29,413 nt of DNA from Bdellovibrionales bacterium (GTDB taxonomy: Bacteria > Bdellovibrionota > Bdellovibrionia > Bdellovibrionales > DASUEL01), in assembly GCA_050250255.1 (NCBI GenBank), contig JBFWOZ010000036.1:1-29413 (forward strand), in the 5' to 3' direction. Every line of letters starts with the position of its first letter. Positions within the stretch are counted from its first letter, which is position 1. Positions 7,945-17,595 of this stretch are shown here, in pieces. The notes beneath the pieces were generated by a model that searched no databases, was not told where the DNA came from, and saw only the letters and a list, made by a program, of their open reading frames with translations. The position numbers and the translations under genes were made by a program.

Positions 7945-8460
7945 ATGATGACTCGTACTCAACAAAACAGTGTCTTTTTTACTATTTGCTGCACGCTTTT
8001 AGCATCTTGCGGAGATGGTCCAAAAAAAACCTCTGATCAGATCATCTACCAAAAACAAACCTACACTCACGCTGCTGATCAATGTCCAAACGTCGAAGGA
8101 GAGTACGTCAGATATGACGGCTCTGATCTCGAATATTTTGAAATAACGAAAACCGAAAAAGGTCTTAAGGTCATTTTTAATTCAGGACCAGACAGTTATG
8201 AAACAGAAATTGATGGCACTTCAAGAATTTTTACGGAGCCAGCTTTTTACACAGGCTACTGTATGAAAAACGAAGTGTTTATCCAGTACTACGACATCAA
8301 CAATAAAATCTATGCTCAATCACTCTATTTTCTGAATGAACAAAAATCCCTCATCACGCGACAAGAGAACTTTGATGAAGTGGTTGCTGAAAATGGATTT
8401 GACGAAGGCTCAAAAACTTGGATTAAAAGAGAAGTCGCCCCTCCGCAAACACAGAACTAA
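7945..8460 (+). CDS. Putative lipoprotein
   Basis: Lipobox LLAS|C, SD AAGGA upstream, beta-rich body. The 3' end overlaps the convergent barrel gene by 38 bp. Confidence 0.75.
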   Translation: MMTRTQQNSVFFTICCTLLASCGDGPKKTSDQIIYQKQTYTHAADQCPNVEGEYVRYDGSDLEYFEITKTEKGLKVIFNSGPDSYETEIDGTSRIFTEPAFYTGYCMKNEVFIQYYDINNKIYAQSLYFLNEQKSLITRQENFDEVVAENGFDEGSKTWIKREVAPPQTQN

Positions 8461-9733
8461 AACGTTCATAAAGACCAAAAGCCGTATCTCTAGGACCAAA
8501 ATAACGGTCATGTCCAACATCAAACTGGAGATGAGCGTTAAATCTATGCATTAATTTTGCGCGGAGAAGTGTTTCGTTCGTTGAAGGATAAGTGAGTACA
8601 AAAATCTCAGGCGTCCACGTGCTATCTTGGTCACCATATGACAGTCGTAAAGTAGATCCTATTCTTGTTTTTTCCTGAGAGCCCTGCAGATAGTTGTTAG
8701 CCGTTGCTATGGATTCGTTCGCATCTTGTTCCGTCGTACTTCTTCCGAGGACTTCTTGTTTGGTCACATATATTGGAAAATAACGACCCAGTACCTGGAG
8801 TTGCAGGCGAAGCTTTTCGAAAAAGGGTCTTTCGTAGCCAAGAACAGCGTCGTAGTAGGAGTTTGTGGTAATGGCCTTATCAAGCTTTGTAGATCGGTGT
8901 ATGTAAGCCGCCTCAAATCTTAAAACAGATTCATCCAATGTTACGGAGTAGTTTAGTCCTAAGGCCTTTATCCTGTCGTAACGTGGCGTGAGTACTAATA
9001 CTCCATTTTGAAATCCATCGCTTTCCAAGAGAGGGAGTCGCGCCCAACCGTCAAAAAGGATAAAGGAAAAGTCTTGATCTGCCTTCAAATAGCTCATCTT
9101 TAAAGCCATCTCAGAATTTTTTGTCTGAGTTCTAATGGTTTCTTCATCATGAACGCTTGTCGTGGATGGAATAGAATCAGGAGGTAATAAAAACGTCGAT
9201 GGCACAAATCCAAAGTTATAAACCATCGTAATGTTCCAAGGAGAGGCACCCTCTTCAAATCCGTAAGAAAGCAATAAACCATCGGCACCCGTTCTTAAGT
9301 TTTCTTCATCTGTTGAGAAGCGTGCACGACGTTTACCCGTCAAAAAATCCGTAGGATTAAAACCATCAGAGACTCCCCATGGAGTGATCAAACGGCCTGC
9401 GCGAAACTCAAGACCAGTCTTATAATACTGATAGTAACCTTCACGTACCTCTACGGTCGTATGCTCATTGTTTCTATCTGCTGTACGTCGACGATTTAAA
9501 AACTCACCCTCGACACGAAAGCTGTTCGCTTCACTCAACTTCGGATTTGCGTGGATTAAAAGCCCATTTTCTTGCTGCAATGCACGTGTCTCTGATGTCC
9601 ACTTTTCCTGAGTGGGTCCATATATATTAGAAAACAGTCGCCCACCCACACCTAAAGAAGAACCTTCGTCATCCGCGAGCGCTCCAGCTGGTAATACTAA
9701 AAAAAATATTAGAAATAGTCTCTGGATTTTCAA
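8423..9733 (-). CDS. Outer-membrane beta-barrel protein (DUF1302-like / LolA-like-associated porin)
   Basis: Probable TTG start at 9733 just after the upstream stop (MKIQRLFLIFFLVLPAGALA signal peptide). Motif VREGYYQY...EFRAGRLITPWGVSDGFNPTDFL and C-terminal beta-signal VFAEGRLLF. Confidence 0.8.
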   Translation of the reverse strand: MKIQRLFLIFFLVLPAGALADDEGSSLGVGGRLFSNIYGPTQEKWTSETRALQQENGLLIHANPKLSEANSFRVEGEFLNRRRTADRNNEHTTVEVREGYYQYYKTGLEFRAGRLITPWGVSDGFNPTDFLTGKRRARFSTDEENLRTGADGLLLSYGFEEGASPWNITMVYNFGFVPSTFLLPPDSIPSTTSVHDEETIRTQTKNSEMALKMSYLKADQDFSFILFDGWARLPLLESDGFQNGVLVLTPRYDRIKALGLNYSVTLDESVLRFEAAYIHRSTKLDKAITTNSYYDAVLGYERPFFEKLRLQLQVLGRYFPIYVTKQEVLGRSTTEQDANESIATANNYLQGSQEKTRIGSTLRLSYGDQDSTWTPEIFVLTYPSTNETLLRAKLMHRFNAHLQFDVGHDRYFGPRDTAFGLYERFSSVFAEGRLLF

Positions 9734-9734
9734 T

Positions 9735-10526
9735 TTACTTCCTGGAAATATTTTGTGGAGCGAAGAGTGCATCTGAGATACCTTGGTTCACTTTCACATT
9801 AGAAAATTCTATTTTGGTTTTTTTAGAATTTAAAAAGTTCTCAACCTCTAACCGATGTGCCATCCATTTTGAATTTTGACTATCCACTTCTTTGTTTTCG
9901 TAAGCCATGAGCTTCTTTAACTTTTGTCCCTCGAGATTAAAATATTCAACTTGGGAAACCATAAAGTTATCAGATCGAATCTGTTGGATTTGTTTGGAGT
10001 AGCCGAAGCGCTCTTTCACTTCAACGGTTTTGGGTGTGGATTCTACAACATAGCAAACGCCACCATCATGGCAGGTAGATTCCGGCAGGAGCTTATAGTC
10101 AAAACTGTTAAGATCTGGTGTGGATATGTCTGAATAGCTAAATTGGGAGCCCATGAAGCTTTGACTCTGTGCTTGGTTTTCAACTCGTCTTGTTTTTTTA
10201 AAAGCTGGTAAATAAAGTAGCACTTCTGATTTGCCATTTTCTTTTTCTAAAAATAATACGGCCTCATCGCGAATTTCTGCTGGTGATTGAAACCTTGTCA
10301 GAGTGTTAAAGTTTACTTTATTGGGCGCAAGCTTTCTCCACCATGTGAATTTTTTTACGTTTTCGCTTCCACCTTTATCAATATTCGTAAGCTTTGTATC
10401 CGCTTTCACGTCAGACAATTGCCTCGCCTGTTCATTTTTGGCCATCACACCTTTAGCTTCGAGAATAGGCAAAGCCGCTTCAGCTATTTGAGATGAAAAT
10501 ATGAGAATACAAATCAATTTATTCAT
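9735..10526 (-). CDS. Outer-membrane lipoprotein-sorting (LolA-like) periplasmic protein
   Basis: Signal peptide, then RFQSPAEIRD..L, LYLPAFKKTRR, SFMGSQFSYSD, EYFNLEGQKLK, all hallmark LolA-like motifs. Alternative start at 10538. Confidence 0.9.
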   Translation of the reverse strand: MNKLICILIFSSQIAEAALPILEAKGVMAKNEQARQLSDVKADTKLTNIDKGGSENVKKFTWWRKLAPNKVNFNTLTRFQSPAEIRDEAVLFLEKENGKSEVLLYLPAFKKTRRVENQAQSQSFMGSQFSYSDISTPDLNSFDYKLLPESTCHDGGVCYVVESTPKTVEVKERFGYSKQIQQIRSDNFMVSQVEYFNLEGQKLKKLMAYENKEVDSQNSKWMAHRLEVENFLNSKKTKIEFSNVKVNQGISDALFAPQNISRK

Positions 10527-12966
10527 AAGAAAGCCCATCCCTTACAGAAAGTTGAGTCGCCTGAAATGCAGGTACGAGTGTCGATATCACCGAAATTAAA
10601 ATTCCAATGGCGAATGTAATGGGTATGATTTCAATGGGAAAGTAGAAATCAATATTCCATCCTAAAATTTCAGACATAAGATAATTAACCCATAAGAAAC
10701 TACACAAAAACCCGGTCACAATTGCAAAAAAGACACCCAGAAAACCCTGGATTGCCGCTTCGTAAATGAAAACAGAAAATGTCTGCATCTTCGTTTGGCC
10801 TATAGCTCGCATCAATCCAATCTCTCGTGTCCTTTCCAAGATCGAAATAAACATCATGTTCATCATCGATAAGGCAGCACAAATGAGAGCGGCCAGTTCA
10901 ATGGCCTTTGTGTATTTAAAACTATTATTTATACCTTCTTTAAAGCCTTTTTTGACTTCAGAGTTCAAAACAACTTGTAGGTGAAATGCCTCACCTAGCT
11001 TTTGATCAATCAGTTGTCTTGTGGCAATCGCCTGACTGGAATCTTTCAGCTTAAGATAAAAGGCACTGACAAGATGGTCGTTCCAATATTTTTTGTAGAG
11101 ATCTCTAGGGAGATATAAAACACCTTCATTAGAAGCGAAATCCTTTACGCTTGCGAGAATGGATAGCTCAAGTGGTCCACCTGGAGTTTCGAGGGTGATG
11201 GATTCCCCTATTTTCTTTTGAAACCGAGATAAGAAGTTATTCGAGACTACCACTTGTCGCTCTGTCGATTGAAAGAGTCGCTCACCAATTCTGACAGCTT
11301 CCGACTCTGGTAAATCGAACATTTTATATTTTGACTCCACACCCGGATCATCAAAAGCTTTGATGGCCACCGTGCGATCAGAGTATTTAAAGTGCAAAAA
11401 TCGCATTGCAGTAGGTGCCGATGCTAGATTCTCTTTCACTTCGGGAATAGCAGCGAGATCCAGCTTTAATTCTTCATGAATCGGTCGAGCTTGGACCGAG
11501 AAGAGCGCTCCTGCCGAGGAAACAACAATATCGGCGCGTAATATTTTATCTAACCAGTTAAAGATAGAATTTTGAAAGCTCACGTTGATAATCGCAATGG
11601 TAATGACCAAACTTAAACTCAACTGCAAAGCAAAAATATTAGCTATGCTGCGACCAAAATTTCTTTGAATATTATCTATAGCGAGCCTGCCAACAATCGA
11701 ACGCCGCAGAAAAGAAAAACACGAAAGAATGGATCGCATGAGAGCACTCATATGCTGAGCCATCTTTGAAGAGCGCATGTTGACCTGGTTTTTAACGGCT
11801 TCAATAGGTTGAAGGCGACTTGCAGAGTAGGAGGGCCATAGCGCGGCCGCCGAGGAGACAATTGTTCCAACAAAAACCGCTAAAAGAAAGTCAGACGGCC
11901 GATATGTAATAACCGCGACAGGAACATTCATGAGCGACTGTGCCGACAATGCCTCGGTCACTTGTCCTACGAGCGATTTCGCCAAAATGAAGCCCAAAAA
12001 CGAACCTAGAGTTGAACCCACCAGTCCGATCAAGAATGATTCCGAAAGAAAAATGAATAGAATATTTTTTTCCGTCGCTCCGATGCTTCTCAAAATCCCA
12101 ATTTCTTTTCGCCTCTCAACGGTTGCGATATGTGTCGTGTTTGCGACTAATAAAAGTCCAATAATAAAAGCGAGAGACCCAAACAAGAGCAAAATGGTTT
12201 GATATACCGAAATCAATCTATCCGTATTTATGGATTGTGGCGCCTGTACTTGATAAGCCGGGCCCAATACCCCGATAAGTTTTTGCTGGATTTCTTCAAG
12301 CGAGTTTTTTTCTCTTAAAACGATATCAGCCCGATCAATATTGTCTTCGCGGGCAAACAACATGCGAGCCCCGTCTATGTCCATAATCGCGATAGATCCA
12401 TTGTAGGCTTTTGCCGCGCCCTCTGGTTCAATCAGACCACGAACCACAAGCTCCTTTACTCCTCTCGCCGTTTGGATTTTAACACGTGAGTCGAGCGAGA
12501 GTCCTAAACGCTGAGCGAGAATCGTGGAGAAAATAATACTGTTCGGCTGGTTTAAAAAAACCAGAGGGTCTTCCATAATCTCTTGATTTGAAACTTTATA
12601 GGTACGAACCGCAGACTCTCTTAGAAGATCTACTCCTAAGATCACAAGTGATTCGGATTTATTTCCAATAAGAAGCCGCGTATTTTCCTCAACTAGCGGA
12701 ACAATGTTTTTAATACCGCTTATCTCTTCGATAATACGTATTTTCTCTTCACTAAATCCCGTTTTACCCGCGCTGATCATCAGGTCTGCCTGTCCTGAAA
12801 TATTCATTACGTTTTCTTTGAAGGCCGAAAGAGTCGCTTTATTAATTAACAAGATCGAAGAGAATAGCCCCACCCCTATCGTGATACCCGCTATGAGCAA
12901 GAAGGAACGCAGAGGCTTGCTCAATATCTGTCTTAAATTAATGTAACGAATTAAGTTCAGCAACAT
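10519..12966 (-). CDS. ABC transporter permease, duplicated MacB/FtsX (LolC/E-like)
   Basis: 815 aa with two periplasmic domains and two FtsX motifs (ERRKEIGILRSIGAT; ERTREIGLMRAIGQT). Confidence 0.95.
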   Translation of the reverse strand: MLLNLIRYINLRQILSKPLRSFLLIAGITIGVGLFSSILLINKATLSAFKENVMNISGQADLMISAGKTGFSEEKIRIIEEISGIKNIVPLVEENTRLLIGNKSESLVILGVDLLRESAVRTYKVSNQEIMEDPLVFLNQPNSIIFSTILAQRLGLSLDSRVKIQTARGVKELVVRGLIEPEGAAKAYNGSIAIMDIDGARMLFAREDNIDRADIVLREKNSLEEIQQKLIGVLGPAYQVQAPQSINTDRLISVYQTILLLFGSLAFIIGLLLVANTTHIATVERRKEIGILRSIGATEKNILFIFLSESFLIGLVGSTLGSFLGFILAKSLVGQVTEALSAQSLMNVPVAVITYRPSDFLLAVFVGTIVSSAAALWPSYSASRLQPIEAVKNQVNMRSSKMAQHMSALMRSILSCFSFLRRSIVGRLAIDNIQRNFGRSIANIFALQLSLSLVITIAIINVSFQNSIFNWLDKILRADIVVSSAGALFSVQARPIHEELKLDLAAIPEVKENLASAPTAMRFLHFKYSDRTVAIKAFDDPGVESKYKMFDLPESEAVRIGERLFQSTERQVVVSNNFLSRFQKKIGESITLETPGGPLELSILASVKDFASNEGVLYLPRDLYKKYWNDHLVSAFYLKLKDSSQAIATRQLIDQKLGEAFHLQVVLNSEVKKGFKEGINNSFKYTKAIELAALICAALSMMNMMFISILERTREIGLMRAIGQTKMQTFSVFIYEAAIQGFLGVFFAIVTGFLCSFLWVNYLMSEILGWNIDFYFPIEIIPITFAIGILISVISTLVPAFQATQLSVRDGLSYE

Positions 12967-12973
12967 GCACCCA

Positions 12974-13657
12974 TCAATTTACTTTTTCGTCTGTTTCAAC
13001 AACACCATCTCTCAAATGTACAATTCGAGAACCAAAATTGGCGGCGTTTCTATCGTGAGTGACCATCAAAATGGCTTGATTCTGAGATTGAGATATTTCC
13101 TTTAATAAATTGAGAACTATGACCCCAGACTTCGAGTCCAAATTACCCGTTGGTTCATCAGCGAGAATCAGAAGTGGTTTGGTAATAAGAGCCCTTGCGA
13201 TCGCAACGCGCTGGAGCTCTCCCCCCGACATTTCGTGCGGCTTGTGGTAGGCACGTTTTTTAAGATCCATCATTTCTAAAAGTTTAAGCGCACGCCCTTC
13301 TACCTGGCTCAACGAGCGTCCGTCTAAAAGCAGCGGGAGACATATGTTTTCAACCGCATTCATGAGCGGCAAAAGATTAAAAAACTGGAATACAAAGCCC
13401 AGTTGACGTCGACGAAAAAGAGATAATTCTAAATCAGAAAGTTTGTGAATTTGTACATTATTAAATGTGACTTCTCCCGATGTTGGACGATCTAAACCGC
13501 CACAAATTTGCAAGAGAGAGCTTTTTCCAGAACCACTTGGTCCCATGATCGAGACGAATTCACCAGCACGGATATTTAAAGAAATGCCTTTAAGAGCAAT
13601 CACACCCTGCTCTTTTCCGTGGTTGTAGGATTTATGCAAACTCTGAATGTTTAGCAT
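12974..13657 (-). CDS. ABC transporter ATP-binding protein (LolD/MacB-type)
   Basis: Walker [18 protein letters not shown], signature MSGGELQR, Walker [20 protein letters not shown] 13657 follows SD AGGAG (track start GTG 13666). Confidence 0.96.
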   Translation of the reverse strand: MLNIQSLHKSYNHGKEQGVIALKGISLNIRAGEFVSIMGPSGSGKSSLLQICGGLDRPTSGEVTFNNVQIHKLSDLELSLFRRRQLGFVFQFFNLLPLMNAVENICLPLLLDGRSLSQVEGRALKLLEMMDLKKRAYHKPHEMSGGELQRVAIARALITKPLLILADEPTGNLDSKSGVIVLNLLKEISQSQNQAILMVTHDRNAANFGSRIVHLRDGVVETDEKVN

Positions 13658-13839
13658 TTTTTTCACTCCTAAACGAAGACTTCAAAATACGAATCGAGAT
13701 CATCGCTATATCAGAAATCGAGTAACGCTACTAACTAGTAGTCGTCGCTGTATTAATTTCACAAGCATTGACTTTAAATCTCAGTCCGTAGCATCTGTTG
13801 TCATTGCATAAACGCTAATTTCAACAAGGTGGGTTGTTC

Positions 13840-15033
13840 GTGAAACGTGTTGTGATCACAGGGCTAGGGATTACTTGCGGTATTGGAAACGATATCCACA
13901 CTTTCTCTGAAAACTTAGCGTGCATGAAATCTGGCATTCTGCCATTTAGTATTTTTGATTCCGGTAAATACACAGTTAAAATTGGCTCGACCGTTCACGG
14001 TTTAGAAAAAAAGCTTTCTCCTCGAATTTTAAATTTACCTCGTCCACTACAATTTTTATGGAACGCCACCCAGGATGCTCTGACTCAAAGTGGAATCATG
14101 GATTCCATCAACCCACAGAGAATCGGAACTTATGTTGCAGGTCCTGCGTGTTCTCTCTTAGAGGTTGAAAATTATTATCGTACTTACGTGAATCAAGGTT
14201 TAGCCGCAACACAACGACATGACTTAACTTATGCCAACTGGGATTCCGCGGTGAATGAAATCAGCCGTCAGTTTTCTATCATGGGTCCTCGTAATACAAT
14301 TTTAACCGCATGTTCTTCTTCTGGAGTTGCAATTGGTCTTGCTACAGATCTTATTCGCCTTGGTGAGGTAGATGCCATGATTGCCGCCGGCACTGACGGC
14401 TTTAGTGAATTCACATTTTCTGGTTTTCAATCTCTCAATAGCATCAGTCCCGTGCCTTGCCGACCATTTGACCAAGACCGCGCCGGTCTGTCTTTTGGGG
14501 AAGGCGCTGGAGTTCTTGTTTTAGAAGATTACGATCGTGCCGTAAAAAGAGGTGCGGTGATTTTAGCGGAGATTGCAGGTTACGGAGCCGTTGGAGAAGG
14601 TTACAACTTGACAGCTCCACATCCCGAGGCGATTGGCTTCATCAAAACCATGAATCGCGCAATGAAAATGGCTCAAGTGTGTCCCGATGAAATCAGCTAT
14701 ATCAACGCCCATGGCACAGCCACCCCTATTAACGATGCGGTAGAGGGCTATGCAATTCGAAAACTTTTTGGAGATCGAGATTTGCCCGTGAACTCTATTA
14801 AAAGTCTAGTGGGACATTGTATGGGAGCAGCTGGAGCCGTTGAAGCCGTCAACACGGTACTCACACTTATGCACAACATGATTCCTGGCACTCTCAACTG
14901 CACCACCCCAGATCAAAACATTCCGATCACCGTTGTGCAAAATACGATTGAAAGACAACTCAACTATGCTTTATGCAATAGCGCAGGCTTTGGTGGAAAT
15001 AACTCGAGCGTTTTGTTTAAGAGGTTTGCATGA
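13840..15033 (+). CDS. fabF: Beta-ketoacyl-ACP synthase (FabF-like KS of a type II PKS/FAS), catalytically intact
   Basis: RVVITGLG start. Cys-His-His triad: TACSS, INAHGTAT, KSLVGH. Also PFDQDRAGLSFGEGAG and GFGGNN. GTG 13840 follows SD AAGGTGG. Confidence 0.93.
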   Translation: MKRVVITGLGITCGIGNDIHTFSENLACMKSGILPFSIFDSGKYTVKIGSTVHGLEKKLSPRILNLPRPLQFLWNATQDALTQSGIMDSINPQRIGTYVAGPACSLLEVENYYRTYVNQGLAATQRHDLTYANWDSAVNEISRQFSIMGPRNTILTACSSSGVAIGLATDLIRLGEVDAMIAAGTDGFSEFTFSGFQSLNSISPVPCRPFDQDRAGLSFGEGAGVLVLEDYDRAVKRGAVILAEIAGYGAVGEGYNLTAPHPEAIGFIKTMNRAMKMAQVCPDEISYINAHGTATPINDAVEGYAIRKLFGDRDLPVNSIKSLVGHCMGAAGAVEAVNTVLTLMHNMIPGTLNCTTPDQNIPITVVQNTIERQLNYALCNSAGFGGNNSSVLFKRFA

Positions 15034-16121
15034 AAATAGGAATCGATGGCCTTGGATTTGTCAGTCCTTGGGGTGAAACATTTGAAAGTTTCTACACGAA
15101 CTATCACGCAAGACAGAGCGCCATCCGCCCCATCGACAGATTTGATACAACTCAGATCACGGCTAAATCTGCCGCTCTCGTGAGTGAGTTTGATGCAAAA
15201 AAATATATCGATCCTAAAAAAGTAAGAAAGTACGACACCTTTTCTCGCTTCGGAATTTCCACGGCAAAATTAGCTTTACAATCTTCTCAGGTTCAATTGA
15301 GCGCCGAACAGCGTGAAAACATGGGAATTGTACTGAGCTGTGAATCTCAAAATATGGTGACCGCTGAGTACTTAGATGTCCTCTATCGAGAAGGCGCAGA
15401 TCACGTTAGTCCAAAATTATTTTCCATTGCCTCTGCGAACTCCGCTAATTGCAGTATCGCTATGGAAATCGATGTTCATGGTCCAAGCGTGAATGTGTCC
15501 TCTCATTTTGCCTCTGGCTTTCTCTCCGTTTACACTGGATCTCAATTAATTCGCGCTGGCCAAACAGATCACTGCTTAGTGGGATCTATTGATTATCTTT
15601 CGCAGCCGGTTATGGAATGTTACACCCGAATGAACGCTTATAAGACGCAAGATTCTGAAAGAGGCTTCGTACCCGGAGAAGGTTCGGCAAGTCTTGTTCT
15701 TTCCAATCAAGAAGGGCAGTACGGTACAATACTGGGTCTCTCTTATATATGCTCTTCGCAAAAAAATTATTTATGGCCAACAGATTCCAAACTTCATGCT
15801 GAAGTCTTAAAGAAAGCCATTGGAGAACATAAAATTGATAAATTCCAGTCGACTTCAAATGGCGACAAGATCGTAAACCAATTAGATTCTGAAGCTTACG
15901 AACTCATTTTTAAAGACGAGGCTCAAAAGCCAGAAAAAGTTTTTATTAAAAGCTATCTTGGCGAATTTTCGTCCATCCCAATTTTTCAAGTGATCAGTGC
16001 TTGCTGCGAACCTCAAGGCACAAAAACACTTATTTCTGTCACAAGTGTTGGTGGAGTTCACGGAGCTCTCTTGGTGATTTCAAGCGGTTACAAAGGACTA
16101 CAGAATGCCGTTGGCTTCTGA
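15030..16121 (+). CDS. Inactive ketosynthase homologue (chain-length factor)
   Basis: KS fold (IRPIDRFD, VSPKLF...ANSA, GFVPGEGSA) but the catalytic Cys position reads SHFASG and both His are absent (STSNG; KSYLGE). ATGA-coupled to the KS. Confidence 0.85.
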   Translation: MKIGIDGLGFVSPWGETFESFYTNYHARQSAIRPIDRFDTTQITAKSAALVSEFDAKKYIDPKKVRKYDTFSRFGISTAKLALQSSQVQLSAEQRENMGIVLSCESQNMVTAEYLDVLYREGADHVSPKLFSIASANSANCSIAMEIDVHGPSVNVSSHFASGFLSVYTGSQLIRAGQTDHCLVGSIDYLSQPVMECYTRMNAYKTQDSERGFVPGEGSASLVLSNQEGQYGTILGLSYICSSQKNYLWPTDSKLHAEVLKKAIGEHKIDKFQSTSNGDKIVNQLDSEAYELIFKDEAQKPEKVFIKSYLGEFSSIPIFQVISACCEPQGTKTLISVTSVGGVHGALLVISSGYKGLQNAVGF

Positions 16122-16584
16122 GGATCTTTTTCAGAGCATTTCCTTTAAAGGTGGTACAAAAAAGTACTTTGTCGCCGATATTGGACGGCCTCGCTTTAAT
16201 GAAATCGATCACTACGGTGTCGTTTGGAATGGCCACTTCATTACTTATTTCGAAACCGCACGACACCAGCTTTGCCGATTTTGTGACTTCGACATGCAAA
16301 GGCTTTCCGACGCTGGTGTCTACTTACCCGTATCAAATATTGAAATAAAAATTAAAAAGCCCATTCTCCCTCGCGACGAAATTAAAGTCGCCGTGCGCGC
16401 TTCGCTCATCGAAGAGAACCGTTTTGAGTTTTTTCACTTACTCCTCGTCAATAACGAGGTTCGTGCAAGTGGGAGTGTTCAACACATTCCTATGGATAAG
16501 TCTACCGGTACCGTTGCCTATCAGTTGCCTGAGAATGTTGTAAAAATCATGAAACCTCTTTCCGAGTTATTCGCCAATGATTGA
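16105..16584 (+). CDS. Hotdog-fold acyl-CoA/acyl-ACP thioesterase (4HBT/YbgC family)
   Basis: PRFNEIDHYGVVWNGHFITYFETAR motif with the catalytic Asp. Confidence 0.9.
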   Translation: MPLASEDLFQSISFKGGTKKYFVADIGRPRFNEIDHYGVVWNGHFITYFETARHQLCRFCDFDMQRLSDAGVYLPVSNIEIKIKKPILPRDEIKVAVRASLIEENRFEFFHLLLVNNEVRASGSVQHIPMDKSTGTVAYQLPENVVKIMKPLSELFAND

Positions 16585-17299
16585 CGAAAAAAGACAAAAC
16601 CATTTCACGCCTATGCGTCAGACACTATACGACCAATTCAATCTTTGTCGTTATATGGTCCCGGCAACAGTTTCTGGCGAAATGGACGTGGCGAAGTTTG
16701 AAGCCATGAAAAGACATGGCAGCAGAACCGCCCACTATATTCAAGCGGTTTCCAAATGTTTAAAAAAACACCCTCGAGTGAATGCGGGATTTGTTCGCAA
16801 TTTTTGGACAAACTCATCACGAATCGTTCATTGGAATACGGTAGATGCAGCCGTGAGCGTAGACAAGAAGTTCGGTGATGATCGCTACCCTTTCGTTCAC
16901 GTCATTCGTAACTCAGACAAATTAACAGTTAAAGAAATCGATGATGAAATTCGTTACGTCACTGAGACAGCGGTAGAAAATATCCCCGCTTTTGCTAACT
17001 ACCTTCGTTTCATGAAGTTGCCTCATCTCGTTCGACGAATGATGATGCACAAAATGATCTGTGACTCTGATTTGATGAAAAGTCGTATTGGCACTTTTAG
17101 TTTTACGAACATTTCATTCTGGGGTTTTAAAACGGCTTCTCTTAACACTCCGAGGTTGCTTGTGGGAGTTGGAGCTCCTTCAGATGAAGGAAAACTTCCC
17201 ATCGGTTATTCTTTTAATCATGTCATCTGTGATGGAGCACAAATTGGAGAGTTTCACCGAGATGTGGTTCGGTTTTTTAGAAAATGTGAGTTCGAATAA
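16577..17299 (+). CDS. Stand-alone 2-oxoacid dehydrogenase E2-type (CAT-like) acyltransferase catalytic domain
   Basis: LKKHPRVNA, VIRNSDK, GTFSFTN and HxxxDG (FNHVICDGAQ). 240 aa with no lipoyl or subunit-binding domain. Confidence 0.85.
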   Translation: MIDEKRQNHFTPMRQTLYDQFNLCRYMVPATVSGEMDVAKFEAMKRHGSRTAHYIQAVSKCLKKHPRVNAGFVRNFWTNSSRIVHWNTVDAAVSVDKKFGDDRYPFVHVIRNSDKLTVKEIDDEIRYVTETAVENIPAFANYLRFMKLPHLVRRMMMHKMICDSDLMKSRIGTFSFTNISFWGFKTASLNTPRLLVGVGAPSDEGKLPIGYSFNHVICDGAQIGEFHRDVVRFFRKCEFE

Positions 17300-17551
17300 T
17301 TAACGAGGATAGTTGTTAATAAACGAAGTGAGTTCTGCAATGGAGGTAAAAGCTTTTGGGTTAATATCTTGATTTTTAATCTTGATTTTAAACTGCTTGT
17401 AAATTTGTGAAACGATTTCAAGCACATCAACGCTATCTAGCTCTAAACCCGCACCGACAATTTGCATATCATCTGGGATTTCTTCCACTGAGTATTCAAG
17501 GTCAAAAGCGTCGATCAAAAGTTGTTTTATTTGTGTCGTAGTAATGCTCAT
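17300..17551 (-). CDS. Acyl carrier protein
   Basis: 83 aa, acidic, GLELDSVDVLEI phosphopantetheine attachment motif (LDSxD type typical of type II PKS / aryl-polyene-like ACPs). Confidence 0.95.
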   Translation of the reverse strand: MSITTTQIKQLLIDAFDLEYSVEEIPDDMQIVGAGLELDSVDVLEIVSQIYKQFKIKIKNQDINPKAFTSIAELTSFINNYPR

Positions 17552-17586
17552 TTTTAAAGACTAAAAATATAAGTGATTTTGGTCAA
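17552..17586 (-). promoter_or_regulatory. Sigma70-type promoter predicting a leaderless ACP mRNA
   Basis: Minus strand reads TTGACC (17586-17581), 17 nt, TAGTCT (17563-17558), 6 nt, ATG (17551). No SD present. Confidence 0.6.
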
Positions 17587-17595
17587 GGATGTTTT

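Noticed and set aside
13768..13794. TTGACT...TAGCAT promoter for the KS operon
   Set aside because: The spacer is only 15 nt, too weak to call.
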